Origin: Eledone cirrhosa | Taxonomy: Eukaryota | Length of the DNA stretch: 64,000 bases | Assembly (NCBI GenBank): GCA_964016885.1 | Contig: OZ024743.1 | Coordinates: 59,954,001-60,018,000, forward strand | Direction: 5' to 3' | Shown: piece after piece, positions 63,891 through 64,000 of the stretch | Layout: every line of letters starts with the position of its first letter | How positions within the stretch are numbered: the first letter of the stretch is position 1 | Notes under the pieces: model-generated | Seen by the model: only the letters and a program-made list of their open reading frames with translations | Database searches by the model: none | Told to the model about the DNA's origin: nothing | Program-made: the position numbers and the translations under genes

Positions 63891-64000
63891 TTTCTCTCTC
63901 ACATCCCCTTACTCTCTCTCTCCCATCTCCCACCCTCCCTCTTTCTCTCTCATCCTTTACTCTCTTTCTTTCTCTCTCACATCCCCTAACTCTCTCTATC

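Overview
This is AT-rich animal DNA made almost entirely of transposable elements and microsatellites. The SINE and repeat style suggests a cephalopod such as octopus, but that is inference only. No complete host gene, rRNA/tRNA gene or CRISPR array is visible. The core (about 9.6-53.1 kb) is a nested pile-up of non-LTR retrotransposons built on (AAT)n microsatellites. It holds R4/Dong-type RT-RLE elements (two younger families plus an old copy, nearly all on +), Tx1/L1-type elements (all on -), tRNA-derived SINEs, and one full-length hAT-Buster DNA transposon with intact TIRs and an 8-bp TSD. The flanks are (TA)n/(CA)n-rich and carry Penelope-like elements (an RT ORF open to the window edge, two GIY-YIG remnants, inverted pseudo-LTRs, hammerhead-ribozyme motifs), an RTE-like fragment, Helitron-like elements, a histone H3 pseudogene fragment and many fold-back inversions. 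The most interesting signals are: (1) a 3' terminal motif shared by the SINE and the Tx1 LINEs; (2) strand-polarised use of (AAT)n by R4 versus Tx1/SINE; (3) a ~1-2 kb leader with variable monomers in front of two different R4 families; (4) fold-back junctions that repeatedly fall inside hammerhead-like motifs. All family assignments come from motif recognition by eye, with no database search, and element boundaries are approximate unless TIRs, TSDs or tails are cited.
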